From Patescibacteria group bacterium (lineage in GTDB: Bacteria > Patescibacteriota > Microgenomatia > UBA8517): a DNA stretch of 64,000 nt. Position 1 is the stretch's first letter; every line of letters begins with the position of its first letter. A program made the position numbers and the translations under genes. The DNA is taken from contig JAOAEL010000006.1 of assembly GCA_026416845.1 (NCBI GenBank), positions 390-64,389 on the forward strand. Reading direction: 5' to 3'. Under the pieces are notes generated by a model. That model searched no databases and was not told the DNA's origin. It saw nothing but the letters and a program-made list of their open reading frames with translations. This document shows positions 41,131 to 52,768 of this stretch, piece by piece.

Positions 41131-41772
41131 TTATATTTTGGCATCTGACAAACACTTAGCAAGCCGTTTTACCATTTTTGCTTTTTCAAGTGGACTTGTT
41201 ACACAATACTCGTTTTTCCCTGTATCTTTTATCCACACATCAGGTTCATAATTATTACCCTCAAGTGATAAAATTGTTTGGTAGCGGACACACCCTTCTG
41301 GAGTTCCTCTTACTTCAGATAAAAAAACATCCGTAGAATCATTAATGATCTTGCGTAGTGATACAGTAAACGCGTCAGAATCTGAAACTTGCACATTCCA
41401 AACAACATACAATTGTAATACATTTCCTAGCTCATAAGCACCTACTCTTTTATCAAACACTTCTTCTCTAAGATGTCCTATTCGAGCATTACCTGCCCAT
41501 AAGTTGGCTATACAAAAAGCCGCTAAAAACTTAGCAAACTCTTTTTCAATCTCCGTCAAAAACTTATCAGCTCCCTCATCTGAATCAAAATTTGCATAAG
41601 ATATTTGTCTAACAAAATCTAAATAATGTCGTTTATTGTCAAAAAGAATTGTCACTACGTCAGTAATAACACTATACCCCACCTCTTCTAGAATTGACTT
41701 CGCTAACGAACACAATTGGATCTGCAACTTCACCCATTCAGAAAATCTTATTCTGCCACTTTCTTGAGTCAT
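41131..41772 (-). CDS. hypothetical protein
   Basis: 213 aa ORF. Confidence 0.7.
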   Translation of the reverse strand: MTQESGRIRFSEWVKLQIQLCSLAKSILEEVGYSVITDVVTILFDNKRHYLDFVRQISYANFDSDEGADKFLTEIEKEFAKFLAAFCIANLWAGNARIGHLREEVFDKRVGAYELGNVLQLYVVWNVQVSDSDAFTVSLRKIINDSTDVFLSEVRGTPEGCVRYQTILSLEGNNYEPDVWIKDTGKNEYCVTSPLEKAKMVKRLAKCLSDAKI

Positions 41773-41959
41773 GGCAACAGAAATTTAACAAACAAATAAA
41801 TTTTTGTCAAACTGGCATCAATACTACTATTGATTAAAACTTTCCTCTATCAGTTAACTAAATTCATTTGATCATCTGATAAACCAAAATAAAACCTACC
41901 CACATCCGTTTCATGTTTTTGCCCACTAGACAAAAAAATCAAAACCACTACAATCCTTA

Positions 41960-42286
41960 ATATATTCAAATACAATAAGCAAGGAAGACTCCGTTAAGAT
42001 AAATATAATTTATACTCAAGCCATAAAAGGAATAAGAGTAGAAAGTCAAGGCGCTTTGAGCGCCGGTAGGTTTTTTGAAAAATGTGCAAGAGAGGATTTA
42101 AGAAGTCTTGGTGTAACACAAGAAAACGTTGTACGTAGAGTTCTAAAGCTCGCAAATTGCATACAAAAACTAGCAAACTCAATCTACTATGCCAGAGTTA
42201 CTCCTTCTAAAGAAATTTGCTCTGATTGTCCTTTTTTTGAAGGTTGTGTAATCAGAAACGAGAATAACAAAAATTCTGGTAAATAA
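41960..42286 (+). CDS. small Cys-containing hypothetical protein (start uncertain: ATA 41960 or TTG 42056)
   Basis: Frame open from 41930; C-terminal CSDCPFFEGC. Confidence 0.45.
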   Translation: MYSNTISKEDSVKINIIYTQAIKGIRVESQGALSAGRFFEKCAREDLRSLGVTQENVVRRVLKLANCIQKLANSIYYARVTPSKEICSDCPFFEGCVIRNENNKNSGK

Positions 42287-43406
42287 TTTGAAAGATCTTA
42301 CTTTTAAATCTCTCTTTTGAAAACCTATTAGCATGTTTTACACAATCTTTTCTCTTAATCTTTTTACAAAAATATTGGTCAAATTTCCTAAGAGCAGAAA
42401 CTAAAGACTCTTCAGTTGGCTCATCAAAAAACAAACCTGTCTTTCCTTCTATAACCGTCTCTTTGACACCTCCGCTTTTTAAGGCAATAACAGGACAGCC
42501 AACACCCATCGCTTCAACAGGCGTGATGCCAAAATCTTCAAATTCAGATGGAAATATATAAGCTTTAGCATTTGCCATTAACAAAAATTTTTCCTCATCT
42601 GTAACCTCTCCCAGAAACTCAATGTTAAATTTGGAATCTAAAGACAAAGAAGAAGAAACAAGTTGTTTTAATTCCTCTCCATAACCTGCAAAACTTTTGC
42701 CAAAAATTTTAAGATTAACCTTAAGCGACAAGCAAGCCTTGATTGCCAAATCAATTCTCTTTGCACGGGCCAGTCTCCCTCCGCACAGATAGTAAGGAGA
42801 ATTGTTTTTCCTGCTTTTAGAATTTGGTTTTTTATATTTAGCCACATCCACTGGCGGATAAATCACGATTGATTTTTTACGGTAAAACTTTTCTATCCTT
42901 TTTTGAACTTCTTTTGAATTTGCGATAAAACAATCAACTTGTTGCGCCGCTTTGAAATCAATCATACGAAGTATGTGATTTAGTATGTGTATAAAAGGCA
43001 GAAGCCATTTGGAAGGTTTTCTGGCTGTAGGATATCCATATAAATATCTGGGCGGAGTGTGGCAATAGCAAACAAGCTTTGCATTGCCTTTTTTGACTAA
43101 ATTAGGGAAATAAGCTCCAGTTTGCGAAACAACAATTACATCATAGCTGGACAAATCCATTGAGCTAAAGACATAGGGCGAAATAATCCTGAAAAGACTA
43201 ATCAATTTCTCCGAAAAAGGAAAATATTGCAAAAAAGAAGCTCTGATGTCCCAATTTTTGAATCTTAATTCATGAGGTCCTAGGTACTTTGGCGAATAAA
43301 GCAAGGTATAAACAGGCGCGTCTGGAAAAATCTCATGCAAGGTTTCTAGAACTCTCTCTGCTCCACCATATTCTTTTATGTAATCATGGACCAAAGCAAT
43401 CTTCAT
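42252..43406 (-). CDS. GT4 glycosyltransferase
   Basis: MKIALVHD..GGAERV, YCHTP.RY, EDFGITPVEAM. Confidence 0.94.
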   Translation of the reverse strand: MKIALVHDYIKEYGGAERVLETLHEIFPDAPVYTLLYSPKYLGPHELRFKNWDIRASFLQYFPFSEKLISLFRIISPYVFSSMDLSSYDVIVVSQTGAYFPNLVKKGNAKLVCYCHTPPRYLYGYPTARKPSKWLLPFIHILNHILRMIDFKAAQQVDCFIANSKEVQKRIEKFYRKKSIVIYPPVDVAKYKKPNSKSRKNNSPYYLCGGRLARAKRIDLAIKACLSLKVNLKIFGKSFAGYGEELKQLVSSSLSLDSKFNIEFLGEVTDEEKFLLMANAKAYIFPSEFEDFGITPVEAMGVGCPVIALKSGGVKETVIEGKTGLFFDEPTEESLVSALRKFDQYFCKKIKRKDCVKHANRFSKERFKSKIFQIIYQNFCYSRF

Positions 43407-43407
43407 A

Positions 43408-44328
43408 TCAAAACAAACTTGTTTGCTGTTTTTTCGAGATTTCTTTTGCCGTCTTTTTGATCCTTTCAACTAAACTTTTAAAACCAATTTCTTCATATTT
43501 TGCTAACGCTTCCCTGCTAACTAAATCCCATTTAGAAGCTTTGTCAAAATCAATCACAATATCAACATCTGTGACAATTTGAGCTAATTTGTATGACAAT
43601 TCGCCGCTTTCACGACCTTCAATCAGTTTGTTTCTAATTTTTTCCGGTATTTTCTCAAGATTTTTGTAAATCTCGCTAAAACTGCCAAATTGAGCAAGAA
43701 GGCTGCAAGCTGTTTTGGGACCAATTCCGGGAACGCCTTTGTAATTATCCGACATATCTCCAACAAGTCCTTTTAGATCCGCAATTTGCGAAGGCAAAAC
43801 ACCCATGCGCTGTCGCGCTTTTTCTTCATCATACATAACAGCTTGCGTCATGCCATTTTGGGGCATAAAAAGCGATATGTGATTTCTGTCATCAACTAGT
43901 TGCAATAAATCTCTGTCTCCAGTTACAACAACAATTTGACCAAAAACCAAAGGCGTATCTTCAACCGCTTTTTTTGCAATTGTGCCAATTAAATCATCCG
44001 CTTCAAAACCGTTATGAGAATAAACCGGTATGCCAATTGCGTTAATCAGATCAGGAGCTTTTTTGATTTGCGAAATTAAATCATCATCAGGGTGGGATCT
44101 GTTTTCCTGATAAGTCTTTAGGATTTTATGCCTGAAATTTTCTCCTTCCTCATCAAAGCAAAAAATAATATGAGTAGGACGCAAGTCGGAAATTGTCTTG
44201 ACAAGTATAGAAACTACACCATAAAGCGCTCCAATATGCTCGGCTTTGTAGTTAGTAAGCTTTGGCATGGCATGATATGCCCTATGCAAAATCGCATTGC
44301 CATCAAAAATTATTAATCTGTTTTCCAT
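43408..44328 (-). CDS. stand-alone 5'-3' exonuclease / flap endonuclease (PolA N-terminal domain)
   Basis: DGNAILHRAYHA, EADD, TGDRD, GDMSDNYKGVPGIGPKTA; no Klenow domain. Confidence 0.94.
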   Translation of the reverse strand: MENRLIIFDGNAILHRAYHAMPKLTNYKAEHIGALYGVVSILVKTISDLRPTHIIFCFDEEGENFRHKILKTYQENRSHPDDDLISQIKKAPDLINAIGIPVYSHNGFEADDLIGTIAKKAVEDTPLVFGQIVVVTGDRDLLQLVDDRNHISLFMPQNGMTQAVMYDEEKARQRMGVLPSQIADLKGLVGDMSDNYKGVPGIGPKTACSLLAQFGSFSEIYKNLEKIPEKIRNKLIEGRESGELSYKLAQIVTDVDIVIDFDKASKWDLVSREALAKYEEIGFKSLVERIKKTAKEISKKQQTSLF

Positions 44329-44398
44329 TAAAAATAAGTTTATATCAGGTATGACAATTTTTTGAAATTGGGAAATAAAAAGGGGAAAAAGAAATAAT

Positions 44399-44776
44399 TT
44401 ACTTCAAATATTCAGCCATAATTTTTTGGCGATCTCTTTCAAGTTCATCAAGTTGTTTTTCAATACCTGCGCTTATTTCCTTGAGGTCATCACGCACACT
44501 CCAGTTACTAGTTCTATTTATATATGCCCAATGCTGTAAAAGTTGTTTCCTGCGATTATCCATAGCTTCGTTCAGATATTCAAATTGCATATGCTTAGGA
44601 AGTTCATGCCACTCGGGAAAAGTCGACAAATAAGTCACATCATACTCGCCATATTCAATTGCTTGTCTAAGAGTAATTCTCTTTTTGGAACTAGATGATT
44701 TAGCTTTTGGAATTTCCGGAGTTAAATCTTTTTCAAAAGAATCCGAATCTTTGTCTTGATTATAGTCGTCAGACAT
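44399..44776 (-). CDS. hypothetical protein
   Basis: Likely start MSDDYN; coiled C-terminus. Confidence 0.7.
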   Translation of the reverse strand: MSDDYNQDKDSDSFEKDLTPEIPKAKSSSSKKRITLRQAIEYGEYDVTYLSTFPEWHELPKHMQFEYLNEAMDNRRKQLLQHWAYINRTSNWSVRDDLKEISAGIEKQLDELERDRQKIMAEYLK

Positions 44777-44856
44777 AAAACAAAAACTATTTTTGCTGGC
44801 GCTAATTAACTTTAGTATAAACAAAATTTAAGCACTATCAATAATTATTGATTATA

Positions 44857-45288
44857 TTACCCATTCACTTTATTTTTTAAACAACATTTTTCCGAGGTAA
44901 TACATTCACCTTTAACACTCAATAAGCCTTCGTTTTCACTAAACTCTGGTTGACAACATGAAACAACAAGACAACGCAAACAACTCAAACAAGCAAGCGT
45001 CAATCGATCTTTTACCTTGGGAATTTTTGCTCCGCTTGCCGGAACCTGTTCTTGCAAAGATAAAGATTCAAAATCATAAAAAAACAAATAAACAGGACCT
45101 CGAGCGCTTCCTTCAACCAATAAACAGCGATCTTCAATACCGGCAAGATTCCCATGTATAATATCAGCATGATAATTTTGTTCACTATTCGGACTGCAAT
45201 CAAAATGCGCTAAACAATTTTGACACACTATTCTCAACACTACTTCACCTGACAAACCAACTGGCAAAACAAATTTCCTTTCTTTCAT
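44857..45288 (-). CDS. Cys-rich hypothetical protein
   Basis: CQNC, CLSCLRC, CC pairs; ATGA overlap with ftsH stop. Confidence 0.6.
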   Translation of the reverse strand: MKERKFVLPVGLSGEVVLRIVCQNCLAHFDCSPNSEQNYHADIIHGNLAGIEDRCLLVEGSARGPVYLFFYDFESLSLQEQVPASGAKIPKVKDRLTLACLSCLRCLVVSCCQPEFSENEGLLSVKGECITSEKCCLKNKVNG

Positions 45289-47153
45289 AATTTGCTATTC
45301 TTTTCAAAATTTACTATCTTTTCAAATTCATCTCTTTCAAGCGTTTCTTTGGCAAGAAGAGCGTTAGCTACATCGTCAAGCTGTTTTCTATGCTTTTTTA
45401 GAATAATCAAAGCCTGTTCGTATCCGGAATCAATAATTTTTTTCACTTCAGCATCTATTTTCTCCTGCATCGCAGGCGAAACTTGGAAACCATCAGCCAA
45501 AAAACCAAAATCAGGATCAGGTTGGGGAGACAAATTAATAGGGCCTAAAGAACTCATGCCAAAATCCGTCACCATTGCTCTTGCCAGAGCCGTAGCGCGC
45601 TCTATATCGTTTGATGCTCCAGATGTCATTTCGTTAAATATCAACTCCTCAGCAGCTCTACCACCAAGCATTGCGGCAATTTGATCAAGCATGCGAGATT
45701 TGGTTTCATGTGTGCGATCCGCGGCCGGCGGAATAAGAGTATGCCCCAAGCTCATTCCACGAGCGACTATTGAAATTCTATGTACCGGATCCATCTTAGG
45801 CAAAAAGTGTGTAACAATTGCATGACCAGATTCATGGTAGGCGGTAATTTTGCGATCCTCTTCCGATTGCAGGCGTTTTTTGGCAGGACCTAGTTTTACT
45901 TTGGTTGCGGCTTCTTCTATGTCTACCATCTCAATTTCTTTTTTGTTTTCACGAGCCGCCTGTATTGCCGCCTCATTAAGCATATTTTCAAGATCTGCCC
46001 CAGAAAAACCAACAGTCCTGTCGGCAACTCGTTCCCAGTTGATGTTTTTCGCAAATTTCTTACCTTTTGCGTGAATTTTCAAAATTTCTCTCCTGCCATC
46101 CCTGTCGGGCATGTCAAGCGTCACTCTTCTGTCAAATCTCCCCGGTCTTAAAAGCGCAGGGTCAAGCAAATCGCCTCTGTTGGTGGCGGCAATTACAATG
46201 ACATTGTCATTCGGAGTAAATCCATCCATTTCTACAAGAATTTGATTAAGCGTCTGCTCGCGTTCATCATGTCCTCCCATCACTCCACGCCCTCTTTGTC
46301 TGCCAATAGCGTCAATTTCGTCTATGAAAATTATTGAAGGAGCGGCAGCTTTTGCCTGAGCAAAAAGATCTCTCACACGAGAAGCTCCCACTCCAACAAG
46401 CATTTCCATAAATTCGCTTCCCGCCATTGAAAAAAATGGCACTCCAGCCTCGCCAGCAACAGCTTTGGCAAGAAGTGTTTTGCCAACACCCGCGGGACCA
46501 AAAAGCAAAACACCTTTAGGGGTACGAGCTCCAATATTTTTGTACTTTGTTGGATTTTTCAAAAAATCAACTACTTCCTCAAGTTCTTTTTTAGCGTCGT
46601 CAACTCCTGCAACATCCTTGAAAGTTACATTTTGTTTGCCTTTGGCAAAAAGTCTGGCTTTGCTTCTGCCAAAAGAAAAGATATCCTGCGCACCTTTAGT
46701 TTGGGCTTTAAGTATAAAAAAGAAAAAAGCCGCCATCAAAACAAGAGGCAAAATTAAACCCAAAAAGTCGCTTGCAGCTCGCGACAAAGACTGATCTACA
46801 ACTTTATAAGGAACAGTTGAAGGATCTACTCCCGATTTTTCAAGCAAGTTGGCAAGGCTGTCAGAGGCTTCTTTAGTGCTAGTTTTTACCGATCCGTCCT
46901 CATAAGTTAGTATAAGCTTGCTATCTTGAACTAAAACTTCTTTCACTTTGCCATCCTTTATATCCCTTATAGCCTGTGAAATATCCACACGACTATTGGT
47001 TCGTTGAAGGTCAATAATAGATACTATCACTGGCAAAAAGAAAATTATCAGAAAAATGGCAATCAATATTTTCCAAACATTTAACTTAAGCTTTAATTCA
47101 AACAAAGCCTTTTTTTTGCCGTTTTTTTGTTTATTTTGATTTAAAATTTTCAT
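45285..47153 (-). CDS. ftsH: ATP-dependent zinc metalloprotease FtsH
   Basis: Two TM helices, [29 protein letters not shown]. Confidence 0.98.
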   Translation of the reverse strand: MKILNQNKQKNGKKKALFELKLKLNVWKILIAIFLIIFFLPVIVSIIDLQRTNSRVDISQAIRDIKDGKVKEVLVQDSKLILTYEDGSVKTSTKEASDSLANLLEKSGVDPSTVPYKVVDQSLSRAASDFLGLILPLVLMAAFFFFILKAQTKGAQDIFSFGRSKARLFAKGKQNVTFKDVAGVDDAKKELEEVVDFLKNPTKYKNIGARTPKGVLLFGPAGVGKTLLAKAVAGEAGVPFFSMAGSEFMEMLVGVGASRVRDLFAQAKAAAPSIIFIDEIDAIGRQRGRGVMGGHDEREQTLNQILVEMDGFTPNDNVIVIAATNRGDLLDPALLRPGRFDRRVTLDMPDRDGRREILKIHAKGKKFAKNINWERVADRTVGFSGADLENMLNEAAIQAARENKKEIEMVDIEEAATKVKLGPAKKRLQSEEDRKITAYHESGHAIVTHFLPKMDPVHRISIVARGMSLGHTLIPPAADRTHETKSRMLDQIAAMLGGRAAEELIFNEMTSGASNDIERATALARAMVTDFGMSSLGPINLSPQPDPDFGFLADGFQVSPAMQEKIDAEVKKIIDSGYEQALIILKKHRKQLDDVANALLAKETLERDEFEKIVNFEKNSKL

Positions 47154-47214
47154 TTCCTTTAAATTATTCTCAGTAAGAGTGGATTATATCAAACGAAAAC
47201 TATTTAAAGAAGCT

Positions 47215-47595
47215 TCAAATAACTTTCGTGCCATTTGGAACTTTTTCAGATAAACTAAAAAGGACCGGCTTATTTTTTTCAGGATCCTTATCATCAGAAA
47301 CAAAATTTGCGGCCAAGAGCATACCCTCAGAATAATTTTGGATTCCATTTTCGTCTTTGGGACCAATTTTTTTAGGCACAAGATTTACGACAAACGGAAA
47401 TTGCCTGCCTATTATTTCTTCGGGGACATAAAACTTCATAATACCTGCAAATACAGTTTTGACACCAATCTCAGGACCAAAATCCACGGTAAGTTTCATC
47501 ACCCAATGGCTCCAGCTTGGGATAGTAGCATCTAAAACCGTGCCAATTCTGATATCTATTTTCTGAAAATCACAAAGGAAAATTTCGCTTGACAT
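47215..47595 (-). CDS. tRNA-binding OB-fold protein (CsaA/Trbp111-like)
   Basis: F.KIDIRIG, LTVDFG, VVNL.PKK, SEGMLLA. Confidence 0.9.
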   Translation of the reverse strand: MSSEIFLCDFQKIDIRIGTVLDATIPSWSHWVMKLTVDFGPEIGVKTVFAGIMKFYVPEEIIGRQFPFVVNLVPKKIGPKDENGIQNYSEGMLLAANFVSDDKDPEKNKPVLFSLSEKVPNGTKVI

Positions 47596-47706
47596 AAGAT
47601 TTACTATTATATTAAAGCATTAAAAAGCAACCAATAGCTTAAATTTTGTAAAATTTCTTTAAAAAAAATAAAAACTTAATATATTTTTATATATTTCTAA
47701 TAATTT

Positions 47707-48537
47707 ATGACAGATTACGATCCTTACATTTGGTCAATTAGTAAAGAAAATACTAACAAAGAATATGTGCCAAATATCAAAAGAGCGGGCTTACTGAATA
47801 AAAACCGGGAATTTGCCGATTTCTCTGAGCTGTGGAACCCTATCCAAGAAAAAATTCCAGAAACATTCTTAAGAACAATAGCTGTTATAAATTTCGCAAG
47901 AGCAGAGGATCCCGGAGGACAAATTTTCGCCAGAAAACTTTATGGTGCACCTATAATTGGCAAGCACGAAGAAACTTCCTTTGTCGATGAAAAAACCCAA
48001 ATGAGACAAAGCTTAATATACATGAATGTTGACAAAAGTGTAAAAATTACAAAAGAAGAGTTTAGAGCCGTTCTTGTCCACGAAATAGGGCACGCCGTTT
48101 TCAGAAATTTAAAAGAAGACGAGCTAGAAAGGTGGTCTGCTATCGACACAGTTGAAAAAACTAGTGTCTCCGAATACGTTTCTGATAGAAGGAAATCCGG
48201 CAAACAACAAGATACAGTCAAAGACGATTTTTGCGAAAGTTTCGCCCTTTTTGTAGAAATTCCTGGATTATTAAAAATAATTGCGCCACAAAGATATGCA
48301 TACATGGAAAAATTATTTAGCAATCATGACGAACCTTTATTGATAGCAAAAAAAAGAGAAAACAGAGAAAGAGAAGTGGAAAAATACCAAACTGAAATGA
48401 GAAATCTGGGTTGGGATGAAGAAAAAATTCGTGCCGGTTATCAAGATGGTAAAAGATATCCATTAAACTGGATACCTCAATACATCCAAAAATACACTAA
48501 CACTACAAATACACCTGAAAGAGAACAAACAGAGTAA
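47707..48537 (+). CDS. zincin metallopeptidase-like protein
   Basis: VLVHEIGHAV, VSEY, DDFCESFA, APQRYAYM. Confidence 0.75.
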   Translation: MTDYDPYIWSISKENTNKEYVPNIKRAGLLNKNREFADFSELWNPIQEKIPETFLRTIAVINFARAEDPGGQIFARKLYGAPIIGKHEETSFVDEKTQMRQSLIYMNVDKSVKITKEEFRAVLVHEIGHAVFRNLKEDELERWSAIDTVEKTSVSEYVSDRRKSGKQQDTVKDDFCESFALFVEIPGLLKIIAPQRYAYMEKLFSNHDEPLLIAKKRENREREVEKYQTEMRNLGWDEEKIRAGYQDGKRYPLNWIPQYIQKYTNTTNTPEREQTE

Positions 48538-48622
48538 CAAATTAGCTTTGATCAAGAACACATTACTAAAATACATTACTTAAGCAAGCAAATTGGTTTT
48601 GAATTAAGTGAAAATTAAAAAA

Positions 48623-49624
<1,002 letters not shown>

Positions 49625-49692
49625 CTACAAACTCAAAGTACTCTATTATCTCAAAAAAGGTAAGGAAAAACACTTGAAAAAAGAGCAGATAA

Positions 49693-50682
49693 CTATTGCC
49701 TTGTCGGAGATCTAGTAGTAATAGTAGGAACTTGCTCATCAGAATTTCGTCTTAAACTAGAACTAGGCAACAACACAACAGCATTAAAGCTCTTACAATA
49801 TTTATCACCAGTTTCATCTGTAACTTGGAGAGAAAATGGAGAGTTAACTATTTCATCAAGAACGGTATACTTAGAAGCATGTTCAGATCGAGCATAAGCT
49901 TCGTAAAGGGTATTACCCACAGGGGAAGTATCATACTTGCTTACTAAATCAGCTGTCCAAATTAGATCTGGTTTTTGAGTAAAACCAGTAAAAAAAGAAT
50001 CTTCTTTGGTATGGTAGGAACGCATAGAGTAAACTATGCCTCTTGATCCTAGATTACTATCCAAAAAACTTCTTAAACTTTGAGCTGCAGTTGTATCAGA
50101 ATTTGGCAAACTTTGCTCACCTAAACAAACCACTTGAATTCCCAAATTTTTTGCCACTAATAAAATTGAAGCATATCCAATACCATATTCTTGTCTAAAG
50201 TCATGCAAAATTCCATCATCATCACCTTTGATGTAACGATTCATCCTCTCTTCCCAACTTTTACTAATATCTAAAGCAATAAAAGAAATCAATTTTCTAT
50301 CTTTATTTCCACTTATCAGAAGTGAAGAAACAAACTCAGACTCAGCAAGTACTTTATCTGGATTACCCATCTCTCCAGCTTTAAAACACAAAATTCGAGC
50401 ATGGCCACTTGCAATTCTGTTTAGTATAGAATCTATCGCGTTTTTACCATGCTTATCTATATAATCAACTTGCTCAGAAGTAACCTCCTCAGAAGGAACA
50501 ATCGGTAAAGATTCACAATACTTTTGGGCTTGGTCGAGTTTTTGTTGGTGGTACTTTTCATCAAAATATCCTTTTAAAACCGATCCCGTTACGACTAAGG
50601 AACCAATTCGTCCCAAAAGTCCCAAAACATTACGTCTGCTAACACGATATTCTCTTCGAGATTCTTCGGGTATCTCGGACAT
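49693..50682 (-). CDS. membrane-anchored hypothetical protein with twin-arginine-like N-terminus
   Basis: SRRNVLG followed by hydrophobic helix. Confidence 0.65.
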   Translation of the reverse strand: MSEIPEESRREYRVSRRNVLGLLGRIGSLVVTGSVLKGYFDEKYHQQKLDQAQKYCESLPIVPSEEVTSEQVDYIDKHGKNAIDSILNRIASGHARILCFKAGEMGNPDKVLAESEFVSSLLISGNKDRKLISFIALDISKSWEERMNRYIKGDDDGILHDFRQEYGIGYASILLVAKNLGIQVVCLGEQSLPNSDTTAAQSLRSFLDSNLGSRGIVYSMRSYHTKEDSFFTGFTQKPDLIWTADLVSKYDTSPVGNTLYEAYARSEHASKYTVLDEIVNSPFSLQVTDETGDKYCKSFNAVVLLPSSSLRRNSDEQVPTITTRSPTRQ

Positions 50683-50776
50683 AAGATTGTAAGTATTTAA
50701 AATAAACTAGCCAATAAACTAAGCTAGTACTAGTTTAGGGGCAACTTTAAAATAAAGTCAATACTCAAATTTATTG

Positions 50777-50850
50777 TGCCAGGGGCGAGATTCGAACTCG
50801 CGACCTTCGGTTTATGAATCCGATGCTCTAACCAACTGAGCTACCCAGGC
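50777..50850 (-). tRNA. tRNA with CAT anticodon (elongator Met or Ile2)
   Basis: TAGCTCAGTTGGTTAGAGC D-arm; loop TTCATAA; GTTCGAATC. Confidence 0.9.
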
Positions 50851-50960
50851 CTTGGCAAATTTTATCGTATTTGAATTGGCTTCTCAATCAATATATAATT
50901 GCAAATAAGATTAAAATCTTATTTTATCTTGATTTTAAAATAATCACCTAAAAAAATTCA

Positions 50961-51030
50961 TGCGGGGTAGTGTACGGCTGCACGGGAGGCTCATAATCTC
51001 CCAGGCTGGGTTCAACTCCCAGCCCCGCAA
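50961..51030 (+). tRNA. tRNA-Met(CAT), initiator-like but atypical
   Basis: TGCGGGG/CCCCGCA-A acceptor; GGAGG-CTCATAA-TCTCC; CTGGG-TTCAACT-CCCAG. Confidence 0.88.
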
Positions 51031-51352
51031 CATATATCACACTTAATAACTTAAAAGAAGACAAAAAAGTAAAAATTACTTTCAGGCCAATCATAGCGAT
51101 AGAAATAATTGTTCAAAAAAAATTTCTTAATATAGTTATTCTCTAAACTTTAAAAAATGTTTTTTAAGCCTAATTATAATTTAATTCTTGTGCCAAGAAG
51201 AAAAAATTTAAGTCAAATTTGTCACAAAAGGTTAAATCACAAATGAAAATTTAGAATATTGGCACGGACTACGTTCAAACACATGCCAAGCAAACCATGA
51301 CTGAAAACTAAAAAAACATACAACATTTATTAAAAAACTGAATAAACAAAAA

Positions 51353-51760
51353 TCAGTTATAAAAAATTTTTAACCACATTTCCCAATTAGAAACCTTTTC
51401 TTCTTTTACATCATCATAAAGCCTGGGAACAATTTTTCTTAATTCATCTTCAGAAGGCAAAACAACCACTATCTCTCCTTGCCTTGCCATACCAAGTTTG
51501 TCCCGTAGCATTTTTTCCGCAAAATAAAAATCATCTGTTTCTTTTAACTTTTCTTTAATCTCTGACTGTTTATCCAACTCTACCTGAACTTTTTGTTCGT
51601 ACTTGGAAACAATATTGATAGCACTAAAATACTGAAATAAGGTTTTAAAAAACGAACTTAAAAAAAGCAAAAGAAATACAATACCTGTATAAAAAACAAT
51701 TTTGGAAAATTTACTTTCTTTTTGGGAAAAAACATTTCTTTTTGAAACTATTTTATTCAT
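51353..51760 (-). CDS. septum formation initiator (FtsB/DivIC-like)
   Basis: TM helix, coiled coil, EK.LRDKLGMARQGE.VVV. Confidence 0.85.
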   Translation of the reverse strand: MNKIVSKRNVFSQKESKFSKIVFYTGIVFLLLFLSSFFKTLFQYFSAINIVSKYEQKVQVELDKQSEIKEKLKETDDFYFAEKMLRDKLGMARQGEIVVVLPSEDELRKIVPRLYDDVKEEKVSNWEMWLKIFYN

Positions 51761-51904
51761 ACAATTTACAATAAAAACATTGACCTGTTTTTAAAAACTA
51801 TGATACCATTGTTCAAATAATATAATAACTTACCATTTATTTTAGTTTAAATATAATACAAATTTCACAAATCTAAAATTTTATCAACAAAAAATCAAAA
51901 ATTT

Positions 51905-52768
51905 ATGATAAAAAACAAGTTATATGAACTCCTTCCTTTATTTGCAGAACATCTTAAAAACAAAGGTCGATCTCTTGCAACAATTTTCGCTTACAAAGCA
52001 GATATTGAACAATTAATAGAGTATCTTAACAAAAATGCAAAAACTACTCCCACACAAGTTACAAAAGAAGACATTGATAATTTCCGCGACACTTTGTTAA
52101 GAAGAAAATATGTTCCAAAATCAGTTTCCAGAAAACTCAATGCAATAAAAACTTTTTTCAAATGGCTACTTGATAACAAGTATATAACTAAAAACGTTTC
52201 TGAATACGTAGAACACCCAAAAGTTAATGTTGAAAAACCCAAGTTCATGAGTCCACTTGAGTACCGCGCTCTTCGGGATGCATCCCGCGATGACGAAAGA
52301 ACTGGAGGAATAATCGAGCTCATACTACAAACAGGACTTAGAATATCCGAAATCAGCAACCTAAAATGCTCAAACATTTCAGATAAAGAAATTTTAATTG
52401 AGGCATACGCAACCCAACCATCAAGAAAAGTACCACTAAATAAAAGGGCTAAAGAAGCAATTGAAAGATATAAAAAAGTCCGCCCCGAAACGAAATATCC
52501 TCATTTTTTCGTAAGCAAAAGTGGCAAACCTTTGGCAGTAAGAAACATCAGAGCATCAATTGATAGATACATGCAAAAAGCTGAAATTCAAAACTTTTCT
52601 GTAAACGATCTAAGAACAACATTTATCGTAGAAAATTTAAAAGCAGGAGTTGATGTGATATTAATATCTCAAGTTTCAGGGCATAAAAGAATTTCAACAA
52701 CTGAAAAATATTTGGAAATTATAGGTATAAAAGATCGTGGCAAAAAACAGGAACTTATTGAGTTATAA
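51905..52768 (+). CDS. XerC/XerD-like tyrosine recombinase
   Basis: SAM-like N-domain, TGLRISE, NDLR, GH...TTEKY. Confidence 0.93.
   Translation: MIKNKLYELLPLFAEHLKNKGRSLATIFAYKADIEQLIEYLNKNAKTTPTQVTKEDIDNFRDTLLRRKYVPKSVSRKLNAIKTFFKWLLDNKYITKNVSEYVEHPKVNVEKPKFMSPLEYRALRDASRDDERTGGIIELILQTGLRISEISNLKCSNISDKEILIEAYATQPSRKVPLNKRAKEAIERYKKVRPETKYPHFFVSKSGKPLAVRNIRASIDRYMQKAEIQNFSVNDLRTTFIVENLKAGVDVILISQVSGHKRISTTEKYLEIIGIKDRGKKQELIEL

Noticed and set aside
51905-52768. Prophage or ICE integrase next to tRNAs
   Set aside because: Size and domain layout fit chromosomal Xer; no phage or conjugation genes and no duplicated tRNA end seen. The HxxR-to-NxxR change is a tolerated variant
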